A DNA stretch of 63,998 nt, the filler included, from a bacterium (GTDB lineage Bacteria; JALSQH01), in the NCBI GenBank assembly GCA_026985515.1. It is 8 parts of 8 records of this genome, joined end to end, with 100 filler letters (N's around TTAATTAATTAA, not from the genome) between each part and the next. Parts side by side here need not be neighbours in the genome. Positions count along the whole stretch, not along the records: positions 61,058 to 63,998 come from JALSQH010000137.1; 7 more parts are not named here. One strand, 5' to 3'. Below the pieces are notes generated by a model that saw only the letters and a program-made list of their open reading frames with translations, ran no database searches and was not told where the DNA came from. Positions 63,933 to 63,998 of this stretch are shown here, piece after piece (position 1 is the stretch's first letter; every line of letters begins with the position of its first letter). A program made the translations under genes and the position numbers.

Positions 63933-63998
63933 ATGAAGAAGCTGGCAAGCACGCTTTTCACCATTCTGGCCGTACTGGTTGCTGTACCGCTTTTTGCA
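63933..63998 (+). CDS. atpE: Probable ATP synthase subunit c, 5' end only
   Basis: AAGGAGG RBS then MKKLASTLFTILAVLVAVPLFA; assigned by position after atpB only, since the conserved core lies beyond the window. Confidence 0.55.
   Translation, partial: MKKLASTLFTILAVLVAVPLFA

Overview
This window is eight assembly segments joined by seven 100-nt N/TTAATTAATTAA linkers, so adjacency across a linker is unproven except where nadC spans one. Gene content and order suggest an AT-rich, probably anaerobic Deltaproteobacteria-like bacterium (inference). Most of it is housekeeping: leuCDB-asd, smpB, panBCD, trpB2, lon-yebC-ruvCAB, rseP-tsaB-ilvDBNC-pssA-leuA-gatCAB, valS-nadC-birA-coaX and the start of the atp Fo operon. 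The most notable signals are: (1) a secreted papain-like cysteine-peptidase gene thrown out of frame by an (ACCT)6 tract just after its ATG, which looks like a phase-variable switch in the OFF state; (2) a three-gene H-NOX / ODP-like di-iron / flavodiiron cluster with no visible kinase or chemoreceptor, a candidate NO/O2 sensing and detox module; (3) a pan-motif-like leader upstream of panB with a complete terminator/antiterminator architecture; (4) an in-frame TGA at a conserved Gly in coaX; (5) a membrane Ser/Thr kinase and a neighbouring gene built from the same 13-aa repeat; (6) an acyltransferase-gpsA-App1-like phosphatase lipid cluster; (7) three likely leaderless genes. All family assignments come from motif recognition by eye; no database searches were run.
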